Of a stretch of 64,000 nt of DNA, positions 42,493 to 52,233 are shown one piece after another (position 1 is the stretch's first letter; every line of letters begins with the position of its first letter). The stretch is from Candidatus Omnitrophota bacterium. Its GTDB lineage: Bacteria > Omnitrophota > Omnitrophia > Omnitrophales > Aquincolibacteriaceae. The DNA lies in contig JAUYMS010000048.1 of the NCBI GenBank assembly GCA_030698625.1, forward strand, positions 218,404-282,403, written 5' to 3'. Under the pieces are notes generated by a model, which did not search any database, was not told where the DNA came from, and saw only the letters and a list, made by a program, of their open reading frames with translations. A program made the position numbers and the translations under genes.

Positions 42493-44877
42493 ATGCTAAA
42501 AGGCTCGAGTATCTCGTCACGGCTCATTTTCGGATTTTTGGCTATTGCGCTTCTCGTAGCCGGGGTGAGCATTTTTTCCTTTCGTGAGCTGCGGAAGGTT
42601 GAAGGACCTCTTCGAGCTGATATCCCCCGCGCCCTGACCGAAATCGAAACCACATCACGCCTCGACAGCCTTGCCACGAAAATCCGCCTCTATGACCAGA
42701 TCCTGACGGAAGCCGCGCGCGAATATGTATCTACGGGCGATCGGCAATGGAAATTCCGCTATAAGGATTTCGAGCCCAAGTTGGATGCGGCGATCAAGGA
42801 GGCCATTCACCGCGGAGATCATGAGGACGAGAGTCTTTTCTCGGAGCTTCAGAAGGCGAAGCTCGTTTTTGTCCACGTGGAACTCCAAGCGCTCGGTTAC
42901 GTAGGGCAGGGTCAACAGGAAGAGGCGGCTCAAGTGCTTGAGAGCCTTGATTACTGGAACGCTAAACGCGAATACAAGAAAATTCTGGAAGAGTATGCTG
43001 AAAGACGCAACCAGAAATTCGACGACACCTTTCAAGTCACGGCGAAAAATGTTGAATCTATTGTTCAGGCGACGAGGAAAACGGTTCGTGATTCCATTAA
43101 CCTGCTCTCCATTCTCAGCGGATTGGCCCTTGTGCTCGCCATAGCGCTGGGAATTTTCATTGCGCGCTCAATTTTGAATCCGCTTCGATCCTTGCAGCAG
43201 GGCACCGAGATCGTCGGTAAAGGCAATCTTGACCATCGCATTGAAACCAATTCCAAGGACGAAGTCGGGCAGTTGGCGCGGGCCTTTAACGAGATGTCTC
43301 TGAAATTAAAGAATTCCTATGCCGGTCTTGAAGGCAAGGTGAGGGAAAGGACCAAGGAACTCGGCGATGCTCTCGAGGATCTCGAGAAAGCCAAGTCTCA
43401 GATCGAAGAAGAAAAGGCCAAGGACGAAGCCATTCTTGCCAGCATCGGAGAGGGCATGATTGCAACCGATCGAGAGGGCAAGATCATGATGATGAACAAG
43501 CAAGCCGGGCTGATGCTCGACTTGCGCGAACGGGACGTTGTGGGCAAAGTCTTCGGGGATGTGATCCGCAACCAGAACGATAAGGGGGAACCCATTACGG
43601 GTGAGCAGTCTCCTCTTTACAACTCGTTGTCGACCGGAAAGAAAATCGTCGCAACAGCCTATTACGAGCGCAAGGACAGAACTAAATTTCCTGCCGCAAC
43701 TACGGTATCACCGATCGTTCGCGACGGGAAAACAGTAGGTGCCATTGGGATATTTAGGGACATTACGCACGAAAAAGAAGTTGATCGGATGAAAACTGAG
43801 TTTATATCTACCGTATCTCACGAATTGCGAACTCCTCTCACCGTCATTCGCGAGGGGGTTTCGCTTGTCATGGATAACATCCTGGGGCCGACAACCGAGG
43901 AGCAGCAGAACTTTCTTAATCTGGCGCTTAGCGACATTGATCGCCTAGCCCGCATTATCAATAATCTACTCGATGTCGCCAAGATTGAGGCCGGAAAAAT
44001 GGGTCTCAAGCGGGAGCGAACTGATGTTAACGAACTTGTCCGGGATGTTGTTTCCACTTTCAAGGCCAGTGCCGAGGGCAAGGGGTTAAAAATCAGGCCT
44101 AAAGTTCCGGCCGAAAAACTCGAGCTTTATATTGATCGGGATAAGATCATCCAGGCCTTTACCAATATTATCGGTAACTCCCTCAAGTTTACCGAGAAGG
44201 GACATATTGATGTTTATATCGAAGATAAAGGAGAGTGCTTGGAATGCGGCATATCTGACACGGGCCGAGGGATGTCCGAGCAGGATTTAGCAAAACTCTT
44301 CAGCAAGTTTCAGCAGTTTGGCCGTACTGACGGCGGCGGCGAGAAGGGAACCGGCTTAGGCCTGTCCATCGCAAAGGGGATTGTGGAACTCCATCAGGGA
44401 AAAATCTGGGTTGAAAGCGAACTCGACAAGGGGACAAGCTTTAAGTTTCAAATACCCAAGTATTCCCCGAAGGAGCTCTTCCGTGGGTATGTTGTGCGCG
44501 GACTGCGCGACGCTGTCAACCAGGGCTCGTCGCTTTCGGTGTTTTCCTTTGGCGTCAAGGATTGGGAAAACGTGAGACGGGACCTAGGATCCAATAAATC
44601 TCCCGAAGTTGTGGAATACCTGGAAGATGCCGTGAAGGCGCACCTCAAGAACCGAGAGGACCAGACAGTCACTGACGATAACGCCGTATTGATGGTGTTG
44701 CCGGCCATTGAAAAGAAGAAGGCGGAGTTCGTTGCCGCGGATGTTAAAAAATCGTTCGCCGATATTTTGGCCAAACACGGATTCAACGGCAACATTCAGA
44801 TGGACTACCGACTTGCAAGTTATCCTGACGATGGTAGTACGGAAGAAGATCTGCTCTGTATCGTGAGAGGAACTTAA
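42493..44877 (+). CDS. Membrane histidine kinase: helical periplasmic sensor-HAMP-PAS-HisKA-HATPase-degenerate GGDEF-like
   Basis: Two TMs, DEVGQLARAFNEM, SHELRTP, NSLKFT, GTGLGL, ASYPDDG..EEDLL. Confidence 0.88.
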   Translation: MLKGSSISSRLIFGFLAIALLVAGVSIFSFRELRKVEGPLRADIPRALTEIETTSRLDSLATKIRLYDQILTEAAREYVSTGDRQWKFRYKDFEPKLDAAIKEAIHRGDHEDESLFSELQKAKLVFVHVELQALGYVGQGQQEEAAQVLESLDYWNAKREYKKILEEYAERRNQKFDDTFQVTAKNVESIVQATRKTVRDSINLLSILSGLALVLAIALGIFIARSILNPLRSLQQGTEIVGKGNLDHRIETNSKDEVGQLARAFNEMSLKLKNSYAGLEGKVRERTKELGDALEDLEKAKSQIEEEKAKDEAILASIGEGMIATDREGKIMMMNKQAGLMLDLRERDVVGKVFGDVIRNQNDKGEPITGEQSPLYNSLSTGKKIVATAYYERKDRTKFPAATTVSPIVRDGKTVGAIGIFRDITHEKEVDRMKTEFISTVSHELRTPLTVIREGVSLVMDNILGPTTEEQQNFLNLALSDIDRLARIINNLLDVAKIEAGKMGLKRERTDVNELVRDVVSTFKASAEGKGLKIRPKVPAEKLELYIDRDKIIQAFTNIIGNSLKFTEKGHIDVYIEDKGECLECGISDTGRGMSEQDLAKLFSKFQQFGRTDGGGEKGTGLGLSIAKGIVELHQGKIWVESELDKGTSFKFQIPKYSPKELFRGYVVRGLRDAVNQGSSLSVFSFGVKDWENVRRDLGSNKSPEVVEYLEDAVKAHLKNREDQTVTDDNAVLMVLPAIEKKKAEFVAADVKKSFADILAKHGFNGNIQMDYRLASYPDDGSTEEDLLCIVRGT

Positions 44878-44881
44878 TTCT

Positions 44882-45247
44882 ATGCCTAAAAAGATCTTGG
44901 TTGTCGATGACGAAACGAATATTGTGCTTGTGATTAGTTCACGGTTGAAGGCAAACGGGTTTCAAGTTGTTACGGCCGAATGCGGACGGGATGCTCTCGA
45001 AAAAGCGGACAGCGAAAAACCGGACCTTATCGTGCTGGATGTCATGATGCCTTCACCCGATGGCTATGAGGTGTGCCGTATGCTGAAAGGAGACCCGAAA
45101 CATAAGAACGTGCCTGTCATTATTTTGACGGCGAAGGTCTCGGAGCAGGACCGGTCAAAAAGCGCTGAATGCGGGGCAGATGCGTTTGTCACAAAGCCCT
45201 ATAGCCCGAGCGAATTGCTGGGAAAAATAAAGGATCTCATTCCTTAA
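44882..45247 (+). CDS. Single-domain response regulator (REC)
   Basis: ILVVDDE, LDVMMP, LTAK, KP. Confidence 0.9.
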   Translation: MPKKILVVDDETNIVLVISSRLKANGFQVVTAECGRDALEKADSEKPDLIVLDVMMPSPDGYEVCRMLKGDPKHKNVPVIILTAKVSEQDRSKSAECGADAFVTKPYSPSELLGKIKDLIP

Positions 45248-45263
45248 CGCGGAAGGAGCATTG

Positions 45264-46985
45264 ATGCTGGTGGATCACGATCAGAATGCCTTAGGTGAAA
45301 AACTGGTTCAGGCAGGAGCCCTGACGCAGGAGCAATTCTCTGCGTCGGCAGGCGATGCGACTGCGAACGGGACTTCTCTTGTTCGTCAGCTCTTGAGCTC
45401 CGGCTTGGTTTCCAAGGCAAAAGTTTACGAGACCCTGGCCGACGTCTACGGGGTGCCTTACATTGATATTTCGAATTTTCAAATATCCCCGGATGCCATC
45501 AAATGCCTCTCGGGAGAAATCGCTCACCGCTACCGGGCAATTCCCCTCTTCAAGATCGGCGAGACCTTAAATGTCACTATGGAGAATCCTGCTGATGTGG
45601 GGGCTGTGGACCGTATTACTCAGAAAAGCAAATGCCATGTCGATGTCTGTTTATCGGCGCCCGAAGATATCGAAGAGGCACTGCGAACTCATTACGGTTC
45701 CGGCAACGCCATCAATGAGTTGTTGGCAACTTTTAGCAAGGAGAGAAGCCATCGGTACAGGGAATTGCAGAAGAAACCCGCACAGGGTTTGTCCTTCATG
45801 CCGGCTCCGGTCAAGAAGGAGATGGGAGTCAAGCCTGTTATTCAGCTCGTGGATCTTATCATCAAGCAGGCCTACGAGGAGGGCGCCAGTGATATTCACA
45901 TCGAGCCGGAGGAAAAGATGCTCCGCGTACGCTATCGGGTCGATGGGGTTCTGCATGAGGCCGCTGAGCCGCCCAAAGAAATGGAGTCGGAGATCATTTC
46001 CCGTATTAAAGTACTTGCTGAAATGGACATTGCCGAAACGCGCATTCCACAAGACAGCCGCATTAAAATGGATATTCAAGGAAAGAACGTGGACATGCGT
46101 GTCTCCACCATGCCGACCGTTTATGGCGAAAATGTGGTAATCCGCATACTCAAGGACGCCGGCGCGGTTTTAGACCTTTCGAGTCTGGGTTTTACCGACG
46201 AGATGAAAAAGATGTTTGAAGGCATCATCCGGCATCCTTACGGCATGATCCTGGAGACGGGCCCGACCGGTTCCGGTAAAACGACCACACTCTATGCGGC
46301 GTTACGTATGATCAATACCGTTGAGCGCAACATTGTTACCATCGAAGATCCGGTGGAATACAAACTGCCGCTCATCCGCCAAATTCCAGTCAATGTGAAA
46401 GCAGGCCTGACTTTTCCGACGGCCCTGCGCTCGATCTTAAGGCAGGATCCCGATGTCATTATGGTCGGTGAAATACGCGACCAAGAAACCGCGGAAATCG
46501 CGATCCAGTCTGCACTGACAGGCCATCTCGTGCTCTCAACACTTCATGCCAACACGGCGGCTGGGGTGGTGACTCGTCTTGTTGATATGCATGTGGAGCC
46601 GTTTCTGGTCGCATCGTCTGTAATTGGGGTCGTATCTCAGCGTCTTATACGGTCTATTTGTTCCAAGTGCAAAGAGGAGCACAAGCCGACCGAGCTTGAA
46701 TTGACAGCGCTCAAGTGGGAAGGTCCGGAGCCGCTGCCGGCCTTCAAAGGGAAGGGCTGCCGCCAGTGTCACGACACGGGGTACAAGGGCCGTGTCGGTG
46801 TTTTTGAAATGATGCGCATGAATGATCGCATTCGAAAAAAGATCGTGTCAAACGCGTCAGCGGCCGAAATTCAAAGTGAGGCACGCGAGACCGGTAATGC
46901 AAGTTTGCGCGACGATGCCATCGTTAAAATCAAGATGGGAATGACGACAATTGAAGAAGCGTTAAAGTCAGTCGAGATAGAATAG
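45264..46985 (+). CDS. pilB: Type IV pilus/T2SS extension ATPase (PilB/MshE/GspE family)
   Basis: ASDIHIEP, GPTGSGKTTT, EDPVEY, RQDPDVIMVGEIRD, STLH, tetracysteine CSKC/CRQC. Confidence 0.9.
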   Translation: MLVDHDQNALGEKLVQAGALTQEQFSASAGDATANGTSLVRQLLSSGLVSKAKVYETLADVYGVPYIDISNFQISPDAIKCLSGEIAHRYRAIPLFKIGETLNVTMENPADVGAVDRITQKSKCHVDVCLSAPEDIEEALRTHYGSGNAINELLATFSKERSHRYRELQKKPAQGLSFMPAPVKKEMGVKPVIQLVDLIIKQAYEEGASDIHIEPEEKMLRVRYRVDGVLHEAAEPPKEMESEIISRIKVLAEMDIAETRIPQDSRIKMDIQGKNVDMRVSTMPTVYGENVVIRILKDAGAVLDLSSLGFTDEMKKMFEGIIRHPYGMILETGPTGSGKTTTLYAALRMINTVERNIVTIEDPVEYKLPLIRQIPVNVKAGLTFPTALRSILRQDPDVIMVGEIRDQETAEIAIQSALTGHLVLSTLHANTAAGVVTRLVDMHVEPFLVASSVIGVVSQRLIRSICSKCKEEHKPTELELTALKWEGPEPLPAFKGKGCRQCHDTGYKGRVGVFEMMRMNDRIRKKIVSNASAAEIQSEARETGNASLRDDAIVKIKMGMTTIEEALKSVEIE

Positions 46986-46987
46986 AT

Positions 46988-48241
46988 ATGAATTTCAAAT
47001 ATAAAATTCGAGACGGTAAAGGTCATGTGTCGACAGGTTTTGGCCAGGCCGAAAGCCGCGATTCGTTGATGAGGGAATTGCGTGAACGCGGATTTTCTCC
47101 CATCGCGATCATTCCGGCGGCCAAGGACGAGACCGGAAAGGCCGGGGGGAATACTGTCGCCTCGCGTAAGAAGAAATCGATCTGGAATATGAAGATTGGG
47201 CGGGTCGTCAAAGACGAAGACCTTCTCCTCTTTACCCGAGATCTCTTGAGTTTGGTCCATGCCGGTTGCCCTCTGGTCTCCGGTATTCGTGATGTGGCAA
47301 GCCAAATCAAAAACGTGCACTTCCGGGATATTTTGGAGAATATTAGCGATGATATCAATGCCGGAAGCAAGCTGTCGGAGGCTCTAAGGCGGCACCCTGC
47401 CGTCTTCTCGCCCTTTTTTGTTAATACCATTCAGGCCGGCGAGCAGTCGGGAAGGCTTGAGGCAATTTTGGGACGGATGATTCAGACTTTGGACAACGAC
47501 CTTGAGACAAAGATGATGATAAAAAATGCAGTAAGATATCCGGTTATCGTTCTGTGCTTTTTGGGCGCTGCGTTTACAGTGATTGTCACGGTGGTCATTC
47601 CGAAGATATCCGGTGTCTTTACGAAATTTGACACAGCGCTTCCGCTACCGACCCGTATCCTGATTGCGATTGGAAATTTCAGCCAATCCTACGGACTTTT
47701 TATCGCCATTGCGTTGATCGGCGCTGTGATACTTGTCTCGTTTTATAAGAAGACAAAGCCGGGCCGCTTTGTGTGGGACGGCATAATGCTTCGATTACCT
47801 GTTTTTGGGGAACTGATCAAGAAGGCGGCGTTGGTGCGTTTCGCCACCGCACTGCAGACTTTATATGCAAGCGGCATCGTTATTACGGATGCCCTTGCGA
47901 CGTGTGCAGTGGTTGTGGGAAACGAGGTCGTGGGAGCCGCAATTCTGCAGTCTGCCGAGCGTATGAAAGAAGGGCTTTCACTTTCAGAGGCGCTCAAGGA
48001 GAATCAGCTATTTCCGCCCATGGTCATCGGCATCATTACGATGGGAGAAAAGACGGGAAATTTGGAAAACATGCTTGCGGAAATCGTGGAACATTACGGC
48101 CGCGATATCCGCTACATGACAAAAACTATCGGCACATTGATCGAACCCATCCTCACGGTCTTTTTGGGCCTGATGATTTTAGTTTTAGCTTTGGGGGTCT
48201 TTTTGCCGATGTGGAACGTGATGAAGCTATTTCGTCACTAG
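46988..48241 (+). CDS. pilC: Inner-membrane platform protein (PilC/MshG/GspF family)
   Basis: AGEQSGRL, YP, LPLPT, GEKTGNL, IEP, LGVFLPMW. Confidence 0.9.
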   Translation: MNFKYKIRDGKGHVSTGFGQAESRDSLMRELRERGFSPIAIIPAAKDETGKAGGNTVASRKKKSIWNMKIGRVVKDEDLLLFTRDLLSLVHAGCPLVSGIRDVASQIKNVHFRDILENISDDINAGSKLSEALRRHPAVFSPFFVNTIQAGEQSGRLEAILGRMIQTLDNDLETKMMIKNAVRYPVIVLCFLGAAFTVIVTVVIPKISGVFTKFDTALPLPTRILIAIGNFSQSYGLFIAIALIGAVILVSFYKKTKPGRFVWDGIMLRLPVFGELIKKAALVRFATALQTLYASGIVITDALATCAVVVGNEVVGAAILQSAERMKEGLSLSEALKENQLFPPMVIGIITMGEKTGNLENMLAEIVEHYGRDIRYMTKTIGTLIEPILTVFLGLMILVLALGVFLPMWNVMKLFRH

Positions 48242-48292
48242 AGTAGCAGCCGTAGTAACAGAAGTAACACTGAACCAGAGGAGGTAAGTCAA

Positions 48293-48685
48293 GTGAAGTA
48301 TTCTAAGAAAAATCAAAGAGGGTTTACCTTAATTGAATTGGTCATGGTGATCGTCATCCTAGCCGTATTGGGTGCCGTAGCCATTCCGATTTATGTCGAC
48401 CTGTCGGGTGAGGCGAATTCGGCGGCAGAGGAGGGCGTTGTCGGCGGTGTTCGCGCCGGCGTTGCGACCTACTTTATCGATCCGGCTCGCGGAAACCGCA
48501 CATCGTATCCGTCGGCATTAGGTACGGCCACAAACGCCGCTTGTAGTAAAACCAATGCGTGTTTCGCCACTGTGTTGCAACAAGGCGGCGTGACGCAGGG
48601 TTGGACAAAGACCGGTGCGTTGGCGTATACGGGTCCGAATGGCGGAACCTATACCTTTAACACGACGACAGGGGCCTTCTCGTAA
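48293..48685 (+). CDS. Probable major type IV pilin (MshA-like)
   Basis: QRG|FTLIELVMVIVILAVLGAVAIP; AGGAGGT SD; Cys pair; downstream hairpin. Confidence 0.88.
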   Translation: MKYSKKNQRGFTLIELVMVIVILAVLGAVAIPIYVDLSGEANSAAEEGVVGGVRAGVATYFIDPARGNRTSYPSALGTATNAACSKTNACFATVLQQGGVTQGWTKTGALAYTGPNGGTYTFNTTTGAFS

Positions 48686-48691
48686 GCTAGG

Positions 48692-48714
48692 CACTTCATC
48701 TTCGGATGGTGGTG
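48692..48714 (+). other. C(UUCG)G hairpin after the major pilin gene (mRNA stabiliser or partial terminator)
   Basis: CACTTCATC-TTCG-GATGGTGGTG; no U-tract. Confidence 0.5.
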
Positions 48715-48772
48715 GGTTAGTCGCGGGGATTCTCGGCGTCTGAGCGTGTGTCGTCTTATGCAAGCGTACATA

Positions 48773-48810
48773 TAAAGACTGCGAGTGATTCTAAAGACTG
48801 CGAGTGGTTC
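48773..48810 (+). repeat. Tandem 19-bp direct repeat, 2 copies, 1 mismatch
   Basis: TAAAGACTGCGAGTGATTC / TAAAGACTGCGAGTGGTTC. Confidence 0.85.
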
Positions 48811-48838
48811 GTAAACTTTGCCGGGGAAGGGTCAATTT

Positions 48839-49384
48839 ATGGGAGGAAAGCCGAAAAAATGGATTTCCGGTTTTACCGTCATAGAATTGGTCATGGCCAT
48901 TGTTGTTATGACGGTCGTAAGTGTAACGGCCGTCCCTATCCTGCAAAACCAGCCGCGGACGCAGGCTCAGTATGCAATTTATAAGGTCCGCTCCGATCTC
49001 CGTTACGCGCAGATGACCGCCATACAGACGCAGTTACGCACGCGTGTCGTGTTTAACTCTGCCGCTGAATCCTATGACCTGGAAATCGAAACTTCGCCCG
49101 GCACATGGGTCGCTTTGGCCGAACCCAATGCCGGCCAGAACTATAGCGTTACGTTTCCTTCTGACGCCGACTTTCCAAACGTGGATATCTCTGACGTCGA
49201 TCTGAATAACTTAAATACGGTTATTTTCGACAGCGTAGGGGCGCCTTTTGATGCGAATGACACTGCACTGACAGAACCGGCTTATATGGAATTAAATTCA
49301 ATTTACCGTATCGAATTCCAGAGACAGACCGGCAACATGCTCATTACTGTAGTGGGCGGCGGCGGAGGTCCCTGCGGGGGGTAA
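48839..49384 (+). CDS. Minor pilin (FimT/GspH/MshC-like)
   Basis: SG|FTVIELVMAIVVM, SDLRYAQ, IFDSVGAP. Confidence 0.82.
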   Translation: MGGKPKKWISGFTVIELVMAIVVMTVVSVTAVPILQNQPRTQAQYAIYKVRSDLRYAQMTAIQTQLRTRVVFNSAAESYDLEIETSPGTWVALAEPNAGQNYSVTFPSDADFPNVDISDVDLNNLNTVIFDSVGAPFDANDTALTEPAYMELNSIYRIEFQRQTGNMLITVVGGGGGPCGG

Positions 49385-49387
49385 AAT

Positions 49388-49780
49388 ATGCGGCGACAAA
49401 CAACATTCCAGCGCGGTTTCACGATGATTGAATTGATCATCGCTATCGTGGTCCTCTCTATTGCTATCGGCACGCTGGGGAATGTTCTGGCCAATATGAC
49501 AACTCAGGCGGTATTACCAAGGTCTCTGAATACATCGACCCATTTGGCGGAGCAAGAGCTCGAGCGCGTCTCCGGCCTTCGGTTTTCAGCGGTTGCTAAT
49601 GAGGGCCCCACATCTTACACGGGGAATTTTTCGGATTACAGTTACCAGGTGGCGGTTTCCGCCGTGCCTGCAACCCTCGCGACAGATCCGGCGCAGGCGC
49701 AATACAAACAGGTTGCTGTGACGGTTTCCCATGCGACGGGGGGGTCCGTCACCTTGACGACGGTGGTAACAAACAACTAG
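49388..49780 (+). CDS. Minor pilin (PilV/MshD-like)
   Basis: QRG|FTMIELIIAIVVLSI, LAEQELE, KQVAVTVS. Confidence 0.82.
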   Translation: MRRQTTFQRGFTMIELIIAIVVLSIAIGTLGNVLANMTTQAVLPRSLNTSTHLAEQELERVSGLRFSAVANEGPTSYTGNFSDYSYQVAVSAVPATLATDPAQAQYKQVAVTVSHATGGSVTLTTVVTNN

Positions 49781-49782
49781 AT

Positions 49783-50361
49783 ATGATACGAACAATCAAT
49801 GAAAAATGTTTTCGCCAACGCACGAGCTCGCAAAGAGGATTCACGTACTTAGAGATGATAATGGCCATCGTGATCATCAGCGTGATCGCGACGATCGCAG
49901 GGCCCGTCCTCGCCATGGCGGTGGATGCCATTACTCTGCATCTCGACGACGCGAACCTGGGAGAGGGGGGACGGATTGCCATCGCGCGAATGACGCGGGA
50001 AACACGCCGTCTTAGGAACGATGAAAGCGTTGTCACGGCGACGGGTGTCGAATTTGAATTTGTGGATGTCGATGACGTGCAGATCCGATATCGGCTTGTG
50101 GGCACTGACTTGATGCGGCGCGAAAGCGCGGCAGGGACAGAGTCTGACTTAATCGCGCAGGTGCAAGCCTCAGGCCTTGCCTTTATTTACTATGACGATG
50201 ACGGGAATACGATCGCTACGCCGGCCGCCGGACTGGGAACCAGTACCGATATCAGGCGTATCGAAATCCAGTTGACGCTGAGCGACGGGACCAACGCGCT
50301 GCCGCTTGTTACGATTGTCAGACCGAGGAACTTGAGACATGAGTCAAATCTATTTTCGTAA
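49783..50361 (+). CDS. Minor pilin (PilW/GspJ/MshO-like)
   Basis: QRG|FTYLEMIMAIVIISVI, RMTRETR, VRPRN. Confidence 0.82.
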   Translation: MIRTINEKCFRQRTSSQRGFTYLEMIMAIVIISVIATIAGPVLAMAVDAITLHLDDANLGEGGRIAIARMTRETRRLRNDESVVTATGVEFEFVDVDDVQIRYRLVGTDLMRRESAAGTESDLIAQVQASGLAFIYYDDDGNTIATPAAGLGTSTDIRRIEIQLTLSDGTNALPLVTIVRPRNLRHESNLFS

Positions 50362-51853
50362 ACGAAAAGAGGAACGCGGGGTCGTCCTCGTGGGAACGCT
50401 GGGGCTGCTGGTGTTTCTGGGCCTGTTTGGCGCCGTCGGAACTTCTGTGACGTTGAGCAGCGTTGCGGTGCATGCGACCCATATCCAGGGGACTCAGTCT
50501 CTGGCGATTGCCGACGCGGGAGCGGAGTGGTATTTAGAGCAACTAGAGGGTGATGCGGACTGGACAAATGAGGTAAATCAAACCCTGACCTTTGCCGAAG
50601 GCAGTTTCACTATTTCTATTGCTGCTGCGACAGCGGCTCAAGTCACTTTTACTTCAACGGGATCCGTAGTATCACCGTTGAGCGGGGTTACCGTTCAGCG
50701 CACGGTGACCATGACCGCAGAAAAGCTTCCGCCCGCTTTTAAGTTTGCTCTGTACCAAGGCCGAGATCCGGGGAGCAACTTTCGTCTTACAACGACAAGT
50801 GGTAATCACACGACCGTCACCGGCGATATGTGGTCCCGCGGTGTTGTACGCATTGATGTTAACAACTCGGTAACGGGAACCACATATGTTGCCGACTCGG
50901 AGAGTGTGATCGGAGCCGGCACGTATACTGCAAAGCTGATTGCGGCGCCTTACCTTTCGATGCCCGTCATTGATGCTACCGCCTATACGACACTGATCTC
51001 TGGTTACAACGCGCTACTGGATGCGAACTCGTCAACGGTGAGCCGGACGCTCACGAATACAAATTTTGACATCGCAGTGGCGAGTCCGGATTGTTCGGGA
51101 AGTCCCGTCGTCTGTAACTTCCGCAATTTCACGACACGTGGTTTAGGCGGCACCGTGAATATTACCGGTAATGGAACGATTTGTATCAATCGTACGGGCA
51201 GCTTACATAACGGCAGTCAGGTAAATAGCACGAGTAATCTCGTCATCACGCCCGATGCCGGAGGCTCGATTACCGTCATCACGAACCGGAATCTGAATAT
51301 CGGAAAGAACAACAACCCGACTGTCAGCTGTAACGGGAATTGCACTTTTTACTCGAGGACGCAGGCGAGTAATCAACGTCTTCGCATCTTCGGGCAAAAT
51401 ACGTCTCTCAACGACGTGCTGCTGATGAGTAACCGCAGGGTCACGGTACAAAACGGTGCGGACATCGGATCCGATAGCGTTGCGTTTGTGAATTATGCGG
51501 GTGATAACAGTAATAACCGCTTTGAAATCTTTGGGGCCGCCGGTGTGACGACCTTCGACGGCACCTTGATAAGCCTGTCGCGGCGTACCGATGGACTCAC
51601 GATCAGAAACGGCGGCGCCAGCAAAGCGAATGTCTCGGTGACGGGGCTCGTCTATGAGCGGGGAACCGCAACGACGGGGGGATGCTTCATTGAGGATGCG
51701 TCCGTGTCCGGGAGCGTGGTTTGTAACGTTTATCAGAATAATCGAATCCGAAACGCTGCGATTATCTACAGTACGGCCAGTTTGCCGTCAACACCGCCGG
51801 CCGGCTTTGAAAACTCCGTATCTGTCCAATCTAATTCCTGGGACGGACTCTAG
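50339..51853 (+). CDS. Large PilX/MshP-like pilin with Asn/Thr/Gly-rich C-terminal domain (possible tip adhesin)
   Basis: ERG|VVLVGTLGLL without Glu5, ADAGAEW, TSTG; 504 aa. Confidence 0.72.
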   Translation: MSQIYFRKRKEERGVVLVGTLGLLVFLGLFGAVGTSVTLSSVAVHATHIQGTQSLAIADAGAEWYLEQLEGDADWTNEVNQTLTFAEGSFTISIAAATAAQVTFTSTGSVVSPLSGVTVQRTVTMTAEKLPPAFKFALYQGRDPGSNFRLTTTSGNHTTVTGDMWSRGVVRIDVNNSVTGTTYVADSESVIGAGTYTAKLIAAPYLSMPVIDATAYTTLISGYNALLDANSSTVSRTLTNTNFDIAVASPDCSGSPVVCNFRNFTTRGLGGTVNITGNGTICINRTGSLHNGSQVNSTSNLVITPDAGGSITVITNRNLNIGKNNNPTVSCNGNCTFYSRTQASNQRLRIFGQNTSLNDVLLMSNRRVTVQNGADIGSDSVAFVNYAGDNSNNRFEIFGAAGVTTFDGTLISLSRRTDGLTIRNGGASKANVSVTGLVYERGTATTGGCFIEDASVSGSVVCNVYQNNRIRNAAIIYSTASLPSTPPAGFENSVSVQSNSWDGL

Positions 51854-51866
51854 AAAGGACAACTCT

Positions 51867-52088
51867 ATGCTCTACTCAGCAATGATTCTTGGGGCTTTGA
51901 CCTTGGTCTTTGGCTGCTTACTCCTATTTGGCCGGGAGAAGCTGAAGGCGATGAGTGATAAGCTCAACCGCGTTGTACTTGCGGAAACCTGGATGTGGGA
52001 CCACCGGGTCGCCATCGGAATTCTCTTGATCGGGCTCTCGGGTTTTCTTTTTGCCGGGGCCTACTTCCTGGTGAAGTTCAACTCATAA
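51867..52088 (+). CDS. Small two-TM membrane protein
   Basis: AAGGA SD, 73 aa, two hydrophobic segments. Confidence 0.6.
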   Translation: MLYSAMILGALTLVFGCLLLFGREKLKAMSDKLNRVVLAETWMWDHRVAIGILLIGLSGFLFAGAYFLVKFNS

Positions 52089-52233
52089 AAATCCGCCAAA
52101 ATTCCCGTCTAAACATTTCCCTGATATCTCCGATATTTAATACGAGCCCTAAGGAACAGAGAACAGGGAAGTGCTCCTAACTTGTTCTCAGTTACCGATC
52201 CGAGAAACCCTTGGCCTCAAGGAGAGTCTATCT

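Noticed and set aside
42869-42884. TTGTCCACGTGGAACT, 13/16 match to parS
   Set aside because: Inside a kinase CDS, outer bases break the palindrome, single copy, no parB in the window
48773-48810. Direct repeat as a possible mini-CRISPR
   Set aside because: Two abutting 19-bp copies with no spacer and no cas genes
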